DNA of 64,000 nt from Eledone cirrhosa (lineage: Eukaryota). The stretch covers positions 288,982,001 to 289,046,000 of the forward strand of contig OZ024741.1 of assembly GCA_964016885.1 (NCBI GenBank), read 5' to 3'. The notes under the pieces were generated by a model. It did no database searches. It had not been told where the DNA came from and saw only the letters and a list, made by a program, of their open reading frames with translations. A program made the translations under genes and the position numbers. Positions 14,013 to 31,230 of the stretch are shown piece by piece (position 1 is the first letter of the stretch; every line of letters starts with the position of its first letter).

Positions 14013-14952
14013 TAATGGTACAGATTGAAGTGTAAGCAAAGTCTCGCTGCTTTCACCCTATTACAGGATCCTCTGAAACTCTACGGATTTATATATACTT
14101 ATTTATTATATATATATACATGTATATATATCTATCCAAAATTAAATTACGGGTGTCATGTCTGAGAGACATGCGCCATATATATATATGTTAATAACGA
14201 AGGAAATGTGGTAAGGAACCAGGTGGACCATAACGGCACCAAAGTACTCAATACTTAGGGTAGTAGAGTGGGTAATAGGAACAAGTAATTCTGGACTCAG
14301 AGTCCAGAATTAGCCGTCGAAACGGCTTGAGCTCAGCCCTCGGGGTCTTACTTGTTCCTATATATATTAATATATATATATATATATAATCCTTATCGAG
14401 CCATGATCGCATTTTGGTCTTCGTAATTATTATGATATGCACCTTTTGTAAGTCTGCTTGTGTATTATTTTGCTCTTTTACTGGTTTCAGTCAATAGACT
14501 AGAGCCCTGTCTGTTATATGTTTATTTATGCATTTGTGTATATTATACAGGAACGTATATACACAATAAGGAAATGGAAACATAAACCTGCAAATCAGCA
14601 ATGTAGAGATACAGGACGACTGGTCAGTTTCGTCCTCCCGTGTACATCTTGGAAATGTTCTGTTGCTGACATTTTCATGCCTGTAAAGTTTGTCCGGAAC
14701 TGACACAGACAGTTCCTAGCCCTTCCTAGTACTGCCAGGCTAAGGACGTGAACTATTCTCGTTGACGTTCAGTATTGCTTCACTAATATCATTGCTCATG
14801 TACTTCACTGGTTATGTATAAAATGCAAAGTTTGACTTTTCAAGAAATGAAGCAATGAGCTCCTTTCCGGATCATAACGAACTAACCCCAGACTGTTCGT
14901 GGTCGAACAGTTAATGTGCCTACGTAATCGCATTAATGATGATTTTTTATTT

Positions 14953-15347
14953 AGGCACAAGGCCAGCAATTTGAAGAGAGACGTGAATCAATGAAATTAA
15001 CCCGAGTATTTTACTGGTACGTTATTTTATCGTCTAGGGAATCATAAAGTCAACGTTGACTTTGGCGGGATTTAGTCTCAGAACCTAAAGAGATGTAACA
15101 ATTCATGCTAATCTACCACCTTTGTCATCGTATTGATAATTGTTTCTACTTTAGGCACAAGGCCAGCAATTTGGGGAAGGGGAAAGTCGATTAAATCAAC
15201 CCCAGTACATTACTGGTGCTTTATTTTATCGATCCCGTAAGGATGAAAGGCAAAGTTAACTTCGGTGGGATTTGAACTCAGATCATAAAGGGTCGGAACT
15301 CTATGCTGCAAAGCATGACGTCCGACCCTCTACCTATCCTGTCAATC
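14953..15347 (-). mobile_element. Two tandem tRNA-derived SINE copies (Meta-domain-like core)
   Basis: Reverse complement of B-box gagttcaaatccc and core aactttgcctttcatccttacgggatcgataaaataaa, with tail gctggccttgtgcct. Confidence 0.8.
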
Positions 15348-15739
15348 GTATTAACAAAAAAAATATTTCTAACTATATAAAATGATAATAAAAAATTTAA
15401 CATTAAAACTTTTTTTGAAAAATTTATGTTGAGGTGGAATTGGGCCGAAGTGCAGGTTCGCAGAAATGCGACAAAACATTTTGATGCTGCATGTAAAGTA
15501 CATGAGAGTACAACAAATAAACAAGTGAATATAATAATTTTTTGTCAGAGGTTTGAAATGAATTTTCCCGATGTAATATCTAAAAATAAAAAAGATAAGG
15601 TAAGAATATAAAAGAAAAGAAAAAAGAGGAGGTGGAGGTTGGGGTAAAAAGTTTGAGATAATATAAATAGAAACAAGACGAGGTAAAAATGACTGTTTTT
15701 TCGGAAAACATCTATTTGCCATTATATTTAATTTTTATA

Positions 15740-15890
15740 GAGGGTCGGACACCATGCTTTCTATCATAGTTACATCCCTTTACGGTCTGGCTGATGTTAA
15801 CTTTGCCTTTCCTCATTACAAGGTCGATAAAATAAAGTACCAGTAATGCACTAGGATAATTGCTGGCCTTGTGCCCAAATAGAAACAATT
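15740..15890 (+). mobile_element. Internally deleted copy of the same SINE
   Basis: agagggtcggacaccatgc...gttaactttgcctttc...gtcgataaaataaagtaccag...gctggccttgtgccc. Confidence 0.75.
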
Positions 15891-16924
15891 ATATTTAATT
15901 TTTATCTGTGTCTTGGTGGTGGAGTGCTGAACTTACGACCATAACATCGTCAATTCTATTTCTGAAACGAGCGTCGCGTAGTGTCCTTGAACAAGAAACT
16001 TTATTTCATGTTACGCCAGTCTACAGAGCTGCTAAAACGTTACCACAACACTGGGACCGATTTCTATCGAAACATGACTTTCCTTTGCACAAGATCGGTG
16101 TCGTAGGGAGCGGGGGGGGGGCTTTCATGAATAGGAGAAGCTGGTCTCACACATGACATCCTACACAAGCTTGTTCCTGGGAAAAGCAAAACCATGGTCA
16201 GTTACTCCTGGATGGAAAATCCATCCCGGATATACAAAGACATCCCGGATATACAAAGAGAACTCATTCCCTTTCCTATGTTACTGTCTTTTTCCTTTAC
16301 GAGTTCCATAAAAATATGTACCAGACTAGAATCAACATAATCGACCAAACCACTTGAAGGCGGTACCACAGTATGGCCGCATTCCATTGACTAAATCCAG
16401 TAAAAGAATAAAAGAATATTTATTCTTTATTATTCTATTATTATCGTTTTCACATTCTGGTTTCTATTCTAGTACTTTAATATTTTAAGTTTTTTCCCCT
16501 TCATTTCTATTATTGTGATTCCAATTTATATACAAATTTTTCTTATTCTTCTTATTTTCTCCCTAGCTTTGCTCACACCCATCATCATTATTAACACATA
16601 AAATCCTCACAACAACCACTACCACCATTCCTCTCCTTATTCTTGTTCTCGTTCTTCTTATTCTCCCCTTCACCTTCCCATCATCACCATTTTCGATTCA
16701 TGTTCCCCCATCTTTACTTTTGCCAATTATTTTTCTTATAATTTCCATATTAATTTTACATTACATTCTTCTTCTTCTTCTTCTTCTTCTTCTTCTTTGT
16801 TACTGTAGCTTTGCAGTTGAAAAGAGTAAAAAAACAACAACAAAGACATACTGAAATAAACGAGGTGAGAATCAGAAAATACAGAGAGAAAATGATATAC
16901 GTGTATATATATATATATAATATA

Positions 16925-17024
<100 letters not shown>

Positions 17025-17335
17025 TAGAGAGAGAGAGAGTGGGGGAGCAGTGAAAGATAGAGTTAGCAATGTGGAGGCGTAAGGTGTGCGTAGAAAGAAA
17101 AGAAATAATGAAATAAAGAGAGTGTGAGACAGAGAAAGAGGAGAGAGAGGCGTAGAATGGTGTGGAGAAGTAGAGATAAAGGAAAAAAACAACAGCATAA
17201 ATAATAACGGCAAGAAAACGGCCATTTTGTTTTAGCTATATTTTTCAAAATATTTGTCGATAACATTTAGATCAGTTGTTTCAATACAATACTTCACATT
17301 TTTCTATTCTTTCTTTCAGAAAGGCGGTACTCGGC

Positions 17336-17368
<33 letters not shown>

Positions 17369-17830
17369 GCGACGACGACGACAACAACAACGATAACAAA
17401 AACAACAAGAAAACGACAAACAACCCAAAACAAACATGTTCTAACGGTTTAAGCAAGACACATATATATACGCACAGATACACATAAACATACACACACA
17501 CACACAAACACACAAAACATCAACGTAATTATCATCAACATCATTATCAAGATCATCATCACCATCAGCAACATCATTATCCTCATCATCTTCATCACCT
17601 CAACAGTGCCATAATCAAAACCATCATCATCATCAGCAGCAGCAGCAGCATCATAATCATACATCACATTATATGAATAAGAATAACAATAAAAATGGCC
17701 ACGCCAATAATAAAATATTAAGTGAATGTAAAAATAACATCTTTTATAATATTCACAAATGTAGACATACAAATACAGTTTCAGAATTACAGAAAGCACA
17801 CGTATACAATTACACGCACACACACATATA

Positions 17831-17945
<115 letters not shown>

Positions 17946-18127
17946 GGAATTTAGATGGTTTTAATGCCGGAGAAACAAAAACCAACACAATTTCCCGATC
18001 TTGCTTCGTGTTAACTGCTGAACGGGAGCTAAGACACTTCTGTGGATAATTCACTTCGGAGCACATCTTATTGATTCGTTCAGTGGAAAGTGGCAGCCAT
18101 ATATATATATATATATGATATAGTAAC

Positions 18128-18268
18128 AATAATAAATGCGAAGACTAAAATCCATGAGGGCTCGATAAGGATAAATATATATCAAATATATAAGAACCCT
18201 AGAGCAAATATTTATGAAAATAACAGATTAAAGTTTAAGCGATTCTTTGCTTAAACTTTAATCTGTCA

Positions 18269-18277
<9 letters not shown>
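18128..18277. repeat. Second, fold-back copy of the repeat at 13540-13660
   Basis: gactaaaatcc..gagggctcgataaggataaatatatatcaaatatataagaacc is the reverse complement of 13590-13648. Local hairpin acagattaaagtttaagc/gcttaaactttaatctgt. Confidence 0.75.
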
Positions 18278-18330
<53 letters not shown>

Positions 18331-18776
18331 GTATAGGATTATCCTTTCATTCTTTATATATATATATATACGAAGCTGTGCTGTTTGTAAGTGTAGGTTT
18401 AAGGCTTTGTTGTAATAGGAACATCTCAAATTTTCTTAATGACGAAACTTATTCGATATGGGTTTTGAAGGAGAAAGTCTCGGAGATTTAGATCCGATAA
18501 ATATTATTTCTTTTTATCTAAAAATTGACTACTTTTTTTAGTTTAATTGAATTTCATACTAACAACCACACATGCACTCACACAAACACACACACACACA
18601 CACACACATACACATACAAACACACACACACACTACTAGATATTCGTTAGTTCGTCAAAGTTCTTTCGTCATATATTATTTGAAAAATACAAGATAAAGA
18701 AACAGATTAAGACCAGAAAGAAGAGGAGGCACAAAAGAAAACAGATAGAGATTGAGGTGGTCACATAATGTGGAAC

Positions 18777-19420
18777 GATGAACTAGTTTCTAGCTTCTTA
18801 GCTTCTTGTCAGTGTTGAACAAAAGGGCAACGATGGTTGCCGAACACTGTACGGCTTAATTCTGGCTGTTTGTTTAGAAACAAACCCATAAACGGTAAAC
18901 CCATACGTACATATATATATGTGTGCATGTATGTATGTATATACATACTACTGTACGTCTATATACATATATGTATGCACGTATACATACTTATATTTAA
19001 GTATCAGCCGTACTAAGAGTGAGAAATGAAATTTCATTTTTTCCATTTATCGTTTTCGGTACGCTCGGCCGACTAACTCACTCGATATGCAAATTAGGCT
19101 GCTCAGCCGTTAATATGCATAAAGAAAGTGTATACTTTCAAACGTTCAATCGATTGACAGGAAGGTATACGGTGCTGATGACAGCTAAGAAGCTAGAAAC
19201 TAGCTCATCATTCTTTTGTCAGTGTTGAACAAAAGGGCAACGATGGTTGCTAAACACTGTACGGCTTAATTCGGTAAACCCATACGTACATATATATGTG
19301 TGCATGTATGTATGTATATACATACTACTGTACGTCTGTATACATATAAGTATGTACGTATACATACTTATATTTAAGTATCAGCCGTACTAAGAGTGAG
19401 AAATGAAATTTCATTTTTTT
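18777..19420 (+). mobile_element. HHR-bearing mini-element: 410-bp tandem period with a short inverted 5' piece
   Basis: tgtcagtgttgaacaaaagggcaacg at 18807 and 19217. HHR core ctgatga-cagctaagaagcta-gaaac at 19174-19200. Inverted copy of the HHR 3' half at 18777-18803. Confidence 0.7.
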
Positions 19421-19729
19421 CTCTCTCTCTATATATATATATATATGCGTGTGTGTGTGTGTGTTTGTTCGTTTCCACGCGCATGTGTGGTTTGGAGAGT
19501 GTGTGTATGTATTTCCGAAATAAAGAAAGAGTTGTTGATGATGATGATGATGATGGTCATAATTTGAGATATAGGGAATTTAAATTAAAACAAAAATCAT
19601 TTTGATATTTATTTCGGAGTCCTTGTACGATGGCGTACCTTCCCCATCATTACCACCATCATAGACAGCAATATCGCCTTCTTCGTTGTCGTCACTAACA
19701 GCAAACACAGTATCATCTACCCCCTCCTT

Positions 19730-21427
19730 CTCCTCATTATCATCATCATCATCATCATCATCTTCATCAATATTATCATCGTCATGGTCGTCACCATCGT
19801 CGTCATCATCATCACCACCATCACCATCACCATCATTGTTATCATTGTCGTAGTCAACATCATCATCATCATCATCGTCACCACCATTATCATCAGCATC
19901 GTCATAAACATCATCACCATGAACATCAGCATCATCGTCGCCATCATCGTCATCATTATCACCATCACAATCATCATAATTATCATCATCATCATCATCA
20001 ACATCATCAACATCATCATCGTCATCATCTTCATCCTCATCATCATCATCATCATTATAATCACCACCACCACCACCATCATCATCACCCTCATAATCAC
20101 CACCACCATCATCATCACCACCATCATAATCATCATCATCAACACCATCATCATCATCATCACCATCACCACCACCACCATCATCATCATAGTCGGTATC
20201 CACCTCCGGCTCCCCTTCATTATCATCATATTGTCACCGTCTTTAGTAACACCACCTTTATAACGTCATAATCAGCATCACCCCCCCCCCCCTCACCCAT
20301 CACTACCACATCCACCACCATCATCATCATCATCGGCATCAATGGCCTCTCCTCCCCTCCATCATTATCATTATCACCAAAACCACCACTTCCACGTCGT
20401 CCCCACCACCAACTACACCTCCTCTACAGTTTTCTCCTCCTGCTGCTTCTCCCCTCCTCCTCNNNNNNNNNNNNNNNNNNNNNNNNNNNNNNNNNNNNNN
20501 NNNNNNNNNNNNNNNNNNNNNNNNNNNNNNNNNNNNNNNNNNNNNNNNNNNNNNNNNNNNNNNNNNNNNNNNNNNNNNNNNNNNNNNNNNNNNNNNNNNN
20601 NNNNNNNNNNNNNNNNNNNNNNNNNNNNNNNNNNNNNNNNNNNNNNNNNNNNNNNNNNNNNNGATGCGGAAGTACGCCTCTTCGTCACAAGAGCACTCCG
20701 AAATAAATCATCATCATCATCATCATCATCTTCATCAATATTATCATCGTCATGGTCGTCACCATCGTCGTCATCATCATCACCACCATCACCATCACCA
20801 TCATTGTTATCATTGTCGTAGTCAACATCATCATCATCATCATCGTCACCACCATTATCATCAGCATCGTCATAAACATCATCACCATGAACATCAGCAT
20901 CATCGTCGCCATCATCGTCATCATTATCACCATCACAATCATCATAATTATCATCATCATCATCATCAACATCATCAACATCATCATCGTCATCATCTTC
21001 ATCCTCATCATCATCATCATCATTATAATCACCACCACCACCACCATCATCATCACCCTCATAATCACCACCACCATCATCATCACCACCATCATAATCA
21101 TCATCATCAACACCATCATCATCATCATCACCATCACCACCACCACCATCATCATCATAGTCGGTATCCACCTCCGGCTCCCCTTCATTATCATCATATT
21201 GTCACCGTCTTTAGTAACACCACCTTTATAACGTCATAATCAGCATCACCCCCCCCCCCCCTCACCCATCACTACCACATCCACCACCATCATCATCATC
21301 ATCGGCATCAATGGCCTCTCCTCCCCTCCATCATTATCATTATCACCAAACCACCACTTCCACGTCGTCCCCACCACCAACTACACCTCTCTACAGTTTT
21401 CTCCTCCTGCTGCTTCTCCCCTCCTCT
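19730..21427. other. (CAT/CAC)n-rich block duplicated across a 200-N assembly gap (20463-20662)
   Basis: ~19741-20462 is almost identical to ~20708-21427, with the N run between them. Confidence 0.9.
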
Positions 21428-21779
21428 TCTTCCTTCTTCCTCTTCTTCTTCTCCTCTTCTTTCTCCCTCTTCCTCCCCTCCTCTCTACTCGTACTTCAAC
21501 CCTCATTCTCTTTCACCCCTCCCCGACCTCAATTGCCCCTCCTCTTCTCCTACTTACCTACTCAACCTCCTCACCCTCTTTTCCAACTCCCCAACCTCCT
21601 TTCCTCCACCTCACCTTCTCCCATCACCCTCTTACTACTCCCCACCCTCCTTTCCTCTTCCGCAATCCTCCCCTTCTCTACCATCTCTCTCTCCCTCCCC
21701 CCTCTCTCTACAATCTACGTATTTTCTTGAATTCATCCCCTTCAAATTTTGATTCCCAAGCCTTATAATTATTTATATG

Positions 21780-24480
<2,701 letters not shown>

Positions 24481-25419
24481 CACACACTCTCTCTTTCTCT
24501 CTTACTGTATTTCTCTCTCTCATTCTCTCTGACTCATGCACACACATATACACATAATACTATTCGTAATATTCAGACTTATACACAGGTAGGCTGTACA
24601 CTAACCTTATTCAGACACTACCACATATATATATACGCACACAAGTGCATTCACACACACACACACACACGCGCGCTTACAGACTTTAATATACATGCAT
24701 ATACACACATTCTGACGCACGATTATAAATCTATACATGAATATACAACGGTGCTCATACAGGCGCACTCAGACAGACGTATGCACATGCGCACAGGCAT
24801 GGGCTCACAGATAGAACGCAATCCATACAAGTAGATATACTAATCCAAACACACGAAACGCAAAGCACCTACACAGAGTCGCATGCGGAGACATGCATTC
24901 ATACAGATACATTTGAGAACCACACACAAACAAATAAGCGTATCTGCTGTACACACAAACATATAAGTACAGACAAATGTATACAAAATCGCACACAAGC
25001 ACTCACAACTATGTACAGACGCATTTTCATTAACGCAAACCGATAGACAAACATTCGTGTGTGAACATTATTCAGTTACGGTTCAGACGCCGGGTGTTTC
25101 AGGTGTTTGAACAACACAACAGCCTGCTTGGGATATCAACATGAAAGTGGCCGATAATTTCATAGATACGTTTACTTACAATGTTGTTCTCAGGGAGATT
25201 CAGCATGATACTAAGTGTGACATGGCTGATCCCATAAACTACAGGTACGCCACCTCATTTTTGCCTGCTGATTGGACCGGAGCAACTTCACTTTCATGTG
25301 TCAACAAAGTGGCTTGTGCACATCGAACATGCAGCAATTTGCAGAGGGTATCTAGTGAACACGTCATATTATTTTTTAACTATGTTTTTTTTTTTTAATG
25401 AGACTATATACCTACCTTC

Positions 25420-25520
25420 AGGAAAATAGCAAAACAGAGAAAAGGTTGAGCTCGAGCAAGATGGTTAGATAACATCGATGATCTTGGCTGGTCTCGCTCC
25501 GAGATACAATAAAGTGTCTT
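25420..25520 (+). mobile_element. Short, old RTE-like C-terminal fragment
   Basis: Translates QRKG*ARARWLDNIDDLGWSR, resembling the RTE C-terminal R-GRPR-RW-D motif. Confidence 0.4.
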
Positions 25521-26254
25521 CTTCAAGAAATCGAACTCATGTTCTTATGGGCTTTTACAGCAATATCATGTAGACACAAAAGCACGTGTGGACAGAAAAA
25601 GCACATGCTACCTGCGACACTAAGGGTTAGTTTTTATCTGTTTGTAGAGTGGATGTGCTCAAGATTAAATAGATCCAGTTGGGGACTAAAATCGGGTGAC
25701 TGTCGTTATATACTGTTTCAAAGCCCTAAGAGGTTCTTTCTGTCATTACCATAGCAGAGTCCGACGAGATTTTGATTCCAGGGTTGGGCCAGATTGATAC
25801 AGATAGAACCTTGAGCTGATCAATCGCGAAACGCGCGTCACTACTCAATAAACGCGTCAATACATACACAATATTTTGCTTGGTTGTTCCTGTTATTGTT
25901 TCTCTATAATTCATATGTTTTAATACAAGCAATATTAGACCTGCGTTTCATCGAACCATTATCAATTTTATGTATGATTTCTAATAGATTTATCACTGTC
26001 TAGAGAATTGAGACGACTCCATTTCACGGATTATAGCTTAATCCCTCCCACATAAAGCAGTATCGATCAGCGGTTTAGTCAATACATATATATTTTGTAT
26101 TTGTAAATGTACACACACACATATAACTACATATACCTCTATATATATATATATACAGACATATCTACATCCACACATATATATATATATATACTATTTT
26201 GATGTAACGTTTTGTCTTAATTATTTTACTTTATCCATTAATATTTTTTTATAA

Positions 26255-26318
<64 letters not shown>

Positions 26319-26768
26319 ATGTGTGTGCGTGTGTGTGTGTGTGTGTGTGTTAAAGAGACGAGGGAATAAATGTGCAAGAATGAGAAAATAAAATTATATA
26401 TTAAAGAGCATAAACTGTTATTAAGTCTCTCATTTGTAAATAATCTTGATTTGTTTGCTTTGCTATATATCCGTGTTGTATGTATGTATGTATGTATGTA
26501 TGTATGTATGTATGTATGTATGTATGTATGTATGCATTATGTAAATATACATATAAGTATATACTTATATGTATATTTACATATATACATATATGTCTGT
26601 GTGTATGCTATATTTGTTTATATTCACACTCAAAGGGTTGCGCATATGTTAATAGATAATAGATTTTTATCAAGTGATGTGCAACGCGTGGTTGAATACA
26701 CAGTTATGTATTGCAATAACCTATAGCTGTTTAGTCCCTTCTATACATACATATGTATATAATAGATA

Positions 26769-26821
<53 letters not shown>

Positions 26822-27082
26822 ATCCATATTACGGCTAATAAACTAATAAACGGTTAATTGAGAAAGCGTTGATAGGTAGAAGATATTAATATATGTTTGA
26901 GGCTGTGCACAAGGGAATGTTTGTTAATTAAATTTCCAGATTGCTGGTTAGTGATTTGATCTATCAAGGAATCAATGAGAGAATATTCATAATTATATAC
27001 TTACATGCAAACATCCATACATACATCTGTTCAACAATCCATACACAAATAACCATCACCATATATATATATATATATATGT

Positions 27083-27325
27083 AAGTATGTATGTATATAT
27101 ACGTACATACATATATGTATACAGACGTACAGTAGTATGTATATATATACATACATGCACACATATATATATATGCACGTATCGTCGGTGTGCATGTATG
27201 TATATATATATACATACTACTGTACGTCTGTATACATATATGTATGTACGTATACATACATACATACTTACATTTAAGTAAGTGCCGTACTAAGTGTGAG
27301 AAATGAAATTTCGTTTCATTCTATT
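27083..27325 (+). repeat. Third, fold-back copy of part of the 410-bp mini-element
   Basis: catactactgtacgtctgtatacata...gccgtactaagtgtgagaaatgaaatttc matches 18943-19035 and 19321-19412. 27083-27165 is its inverted duplicate. Confidence 0.75.
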
Positions 27326-27495
<170 letters not shown>

Positions 27496-28203
27496 ATATA
27501 TATATACACCACAAAGCCATATCTCCTCCCGGGCTGATAACATTTAAACTCTTCATAGGCGATGGGGTGTGGCGTTCATATATTCAAGGAAGCGTATTAT
27601 AAATCGGTGGTTTTATGCACATAGACACATACGCACACACACACATACACACTGAAAAAAAAAAAATATATGTATATATATATATGCGTGTGGGCGTGTG
27701 TTTGTGTCTGTATAATTTTCATACCCACTTCCAGGCCAAAATTGGCCCATAGTTTTCAATATTTTTGGTCGATCAAATCGATCCTAGTTATTATTTTGGT
27801 CTGGTACGTATTACATCGATCTCTTTACATGGAAGTCTTGCCATAACATAATACAACTCTACACATCGGCTTATAACAATAAACGTAAAAACATTTGCTG
27901 AAATGAATCTAGTATATAACATATTTTATGCATATTTCTGGCTGGGAATATTGTATTACAATTAATCTTAAATGTGTGCTCCAAAGGAATTTGTTGAGCA
28001 AATTGTAAACAACGAAATCGAAATAACTGGGTATCGATCTAAACCGTTATTAATATCAATGTTATTATTACTATTATTGTTATTATTATTATTATTGTTG
28101 TTTTCTATCTATCTATCTATATATGTAGATTCCCGAGTTGTGTTAGATGTAACCACCGTTCAAAAATATACTCAATAAATATAAGAATAATAACAATATA
28201 TAT

Positions 28204-28245
<42 letters not shown>

Positions 28246-28358
28246 GTATATGTGTGTGTGTGTATATATATATAGTGTATTTGTATGCGAAAGGTAAACG
28301 GAAAAACGGCAGGCAACACAATTCAATGAATAAATATATTAGTTTAACGCTTGATGAG

Positions 28359-28393
28359 TTTTACCGTTTCGGACACTAGTGTTTCATCAGAAG
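28359..28393 (-). ncRNA. Degenerate minimal hammerhead motif
   Basis: Minus strand: tt CTGATGA aacactagtgtcc GAAAC g GTA aa. Stems I and III are weak. Confidence 0.4.
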
Positions 28394-28659
28394 ATAGAAT
28401 AAGAAATAAAAGAAATAGAAAGATAGAGAGGGAGAAACGGCAGAAACAGAAAAAAGAATTAGGAGAAAAGCACATGTATGTTCTCTCAGCCATTATACAT
28501 ACACGTACCAGGTTGAGTGTAAAGTTTTTTTCCTATTTCAACCTTTATTAATAGTTCAAACTAATTACATACGAAAAACGTTTATTCATAAAAATATATC
28601 CCATATTCTATTATCGTTTGCCCTTGTGTCAAAAGCTCAATTCCACGGTCACACAATTT

Positions 28660-29590
28660 GGCTATTTCCGGAAAACTGGAAGGTTGAACATGTCCATCTT
28701 GACTTCAGAGATGCATCATTAATCCATTTCTTCAAGAACAAGCGTAAACATTATATCTGCCTTCTCTGTATTGCTGGCAAGGTACTTTCCCGTGTCATTC
28801 TCAACAGAATTACATTCAGACACGTGTATGGTATCTACACTGAAAACCATTGTGGTTTCCACACAGATCGGGATACTGTTGACATGATCTTCCTTCGTCC
28901 GGTTGCAGAGTAGGTTCGTGAAAAGAACCAGGAACTGTTTATGGTTTTTGTCGACTTAACCAAAGCCTTTGACGCTGTCAATCGCAAAGCTCTCTAAAAA
29001 AATCCTCAAAAAGCTTCGCATACTTGACAATATGCTAAATGTTATGTCTTTTCATGAGGGCATGAAAACATGTAAAATAGCGAATGTTCAGAACACTTTG
29101 GTATCACTAACGGGACGAAGCAGGGTTTTGTCATGGCTCCTATTCTCTTTGCTTTGTTTTTCTCTATAATGCTCCCAATAGGTATTTGGCGAGGCACAAG
29201 AATTGATGAACCACTTCTTCCGTACCTGTAAGGCATTTGGTTTAACAATCAGCATTAAGAAAACTAAGTTGGTACATAACCAAAGCCAACACCCGGATGT
29301 TACACAGGGACAGACGGGGAACGGGCATCCCTACGTTCCCATCACTGTCGATGGCAAGGATCTGAAGTATGTGAAATCCTTTACTTACCTTGGCAGGAAA
29401 GCGAACTGCTTTGCATCCCACGATGATGAGATCATTAATCGTATCTCCAAAGCAACTGACGCTATTTGCAAACAATCTCATCGTCTATCGGGTATCAGTG
29501 GTATATCCCTGGGTATCAGTGGTATATCCCTGAAAACGAAAGTTGCAGTTTATCGTGCAGTGGAACCTTCAGCAGTTTTATACAGCTCGA
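28660..29590 (+). mobile_element. Degenerate RTE (BovB-like) LINE RT fragment
   Basis: DFRDASLIHFFKNK, LLCIAGKVLSRVILNR, CGF, FVDLTKAFDAV, GTKQG..APILF, FGLTISIKKTK, FTYLG, ISLKTKVAVYRAV, with many lesions. Confidence 0.85.
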
Positions 29591-29630
29591 AATATGTAAA
29601 ATCCCAACCGCGGCGCCAAGCTGTTTCGGT

Positions 29631-29753
<123 letters not shown>

Positions 29754-29781
29754 TAAAATAGATGTTCTTTTGATCAATTAC

Positions 29782-29834
29782 ATTTTATTATACATATTTC
29801 GGATGTACAACAGTACGTCCTCATCAGACAAAAT
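29782..29834 (-). ncRNA. Minimal type I hammerhead ribozyme, intact core
   Basis: attttgt CTGATGA ggacgtac-tgtt-gtacatcc GAAA ta tg t ATA ataaaat. 7-bp stem I, G-C closed stem II, 3-bp stem III, AUA site. Confidence 0.78.
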
Positions 29835-30599
29835 ATAATGATACATGACATACCCTGAGATGTTAAATGGTTAAGATTTAATCAAGGTAGTGATTAACCC
29901 AAGAGAAAATGTTACATATATATAGCCTAATTATGAGAAAATGTGCAAACGTAATAAATTCATTAGAGAATGTGTGAGTAAGAAAAACGTTGCTTACTGT
30001 AACCGTTCTAGAGGCTTTAAAATGTTTGATACTACGATATATCTAGGAAAACATCTCATGAATCATAACAGCCAGTGATAGCCACTGGAAAAGGATTTAT
30101 AAAGAGGGAAAGATAAAGGGTGGTGGTGGGGAGGGGGTCATATATGCAGAAGGATATTTTTTCCGAAAGTTAAACGGTTAAATATTTAATTTATAATTTA
30201 TAATATTAGGGTGAAGACTCCAGATTTCAGGATTATTTGCTGGTTATTTATATATTATTTTATAAATTCGATAAGTGTGTTTTCATTTCTAAGCTTCTGA
30301 ATTTTATGAGGGTAACATTTAAAGGATTTAGCTGGCACATAAAGAATGAAATATTATACTGTTGATTATTTACCCAAATTTAAACTTTAACAAAGATACC
30401 AACATATTAGGTATGTAAAGTTTTTGAATTACTTATTATTATAAATATTTAAATAACGATTATGTATGTAGGTATATATTAATGAGCCAGTATATTTTCT
30501 CATAATTAGGCTATATATATAAAATTTTCTCTTGGGTTAATCACTACCTTGATTAAATCTTAACCATTTAACATCTCAGGGTATGTCATGTATCATTAT

Positions 30600-30652
30600 A
30601 TTTTGTCTGATGAGGACGTACTGTTGTACATCCGAAATATGTGTAATAAAAT
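30600..30652 (+). ncRNA. Minimal type I hammerhead ribozyme, intact core
   Basis: attttgt CTGATGA ggacgtac-tgtt-gtacatcc GAAA tatgt GTA ataaaat. Confidence 0.75.
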
Positions 30653-30780
30653 GTAATTGATCAAAAGAAGATCTATTTTATTAATATTTATAACTCCGGA
30701 AAATTATTGTGCTTCCAATCTACTGTAAAACTCATTCTTTGACATAATCATTGAATATTGTTTAATACTTTCATATATAT

Positions 30781-31230
30781 ATATAGAATTGTAGCTCCTG
30801 TTTGCTGAGATCGAAGTGAGTGAATTTGTCACTACTTTAAAACAATAGCTTACGGTCTTCAAAATGCTTTTAATTAAGCATAAAGTGTATTGCAAAATAC
30901 ATTATATTTACATCCATATATATATTGCTATTTCAGAGCTACAATTCTAATTTTTAATTTCTGCCTGACCAACAACCGCTCTGCATAATCAGCTCCTGAT
31001 TATTTACTAGATTTCTATAAGAATATAACATCATTGATCTCAGCAGACGGGCGGGGTAGTTGGCCTTGATAAGCTTCAACAAAAGCGAAACATGTCATGT
31101 CGGCTTATCTCCTCCTGTTTGCTGAGATCGAAGTGAGTGAATTTGTCACTACTTCAAAACAATAGCTTACGGTCTTCAAAATGCTTTTAATTAAGCATAA
31201 AGTGTATTGCAAAATACATTATATTTACAT

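Noticed and set aside
19580-21239. Poly-Asp, poly-His, poly-Met and poly-Ile ORFs resembling acidic biomineral or His-rich proteins
   Set aside because: Degenerate (CAT)n is open in most frames. No signal peptide or splice context, and it lies in a gap-flanking duplicate.
28500-28660. Possible Tc1/mariner terminus
   Set aside because: Only vague resemblance, with no matching second TIR or transposase.
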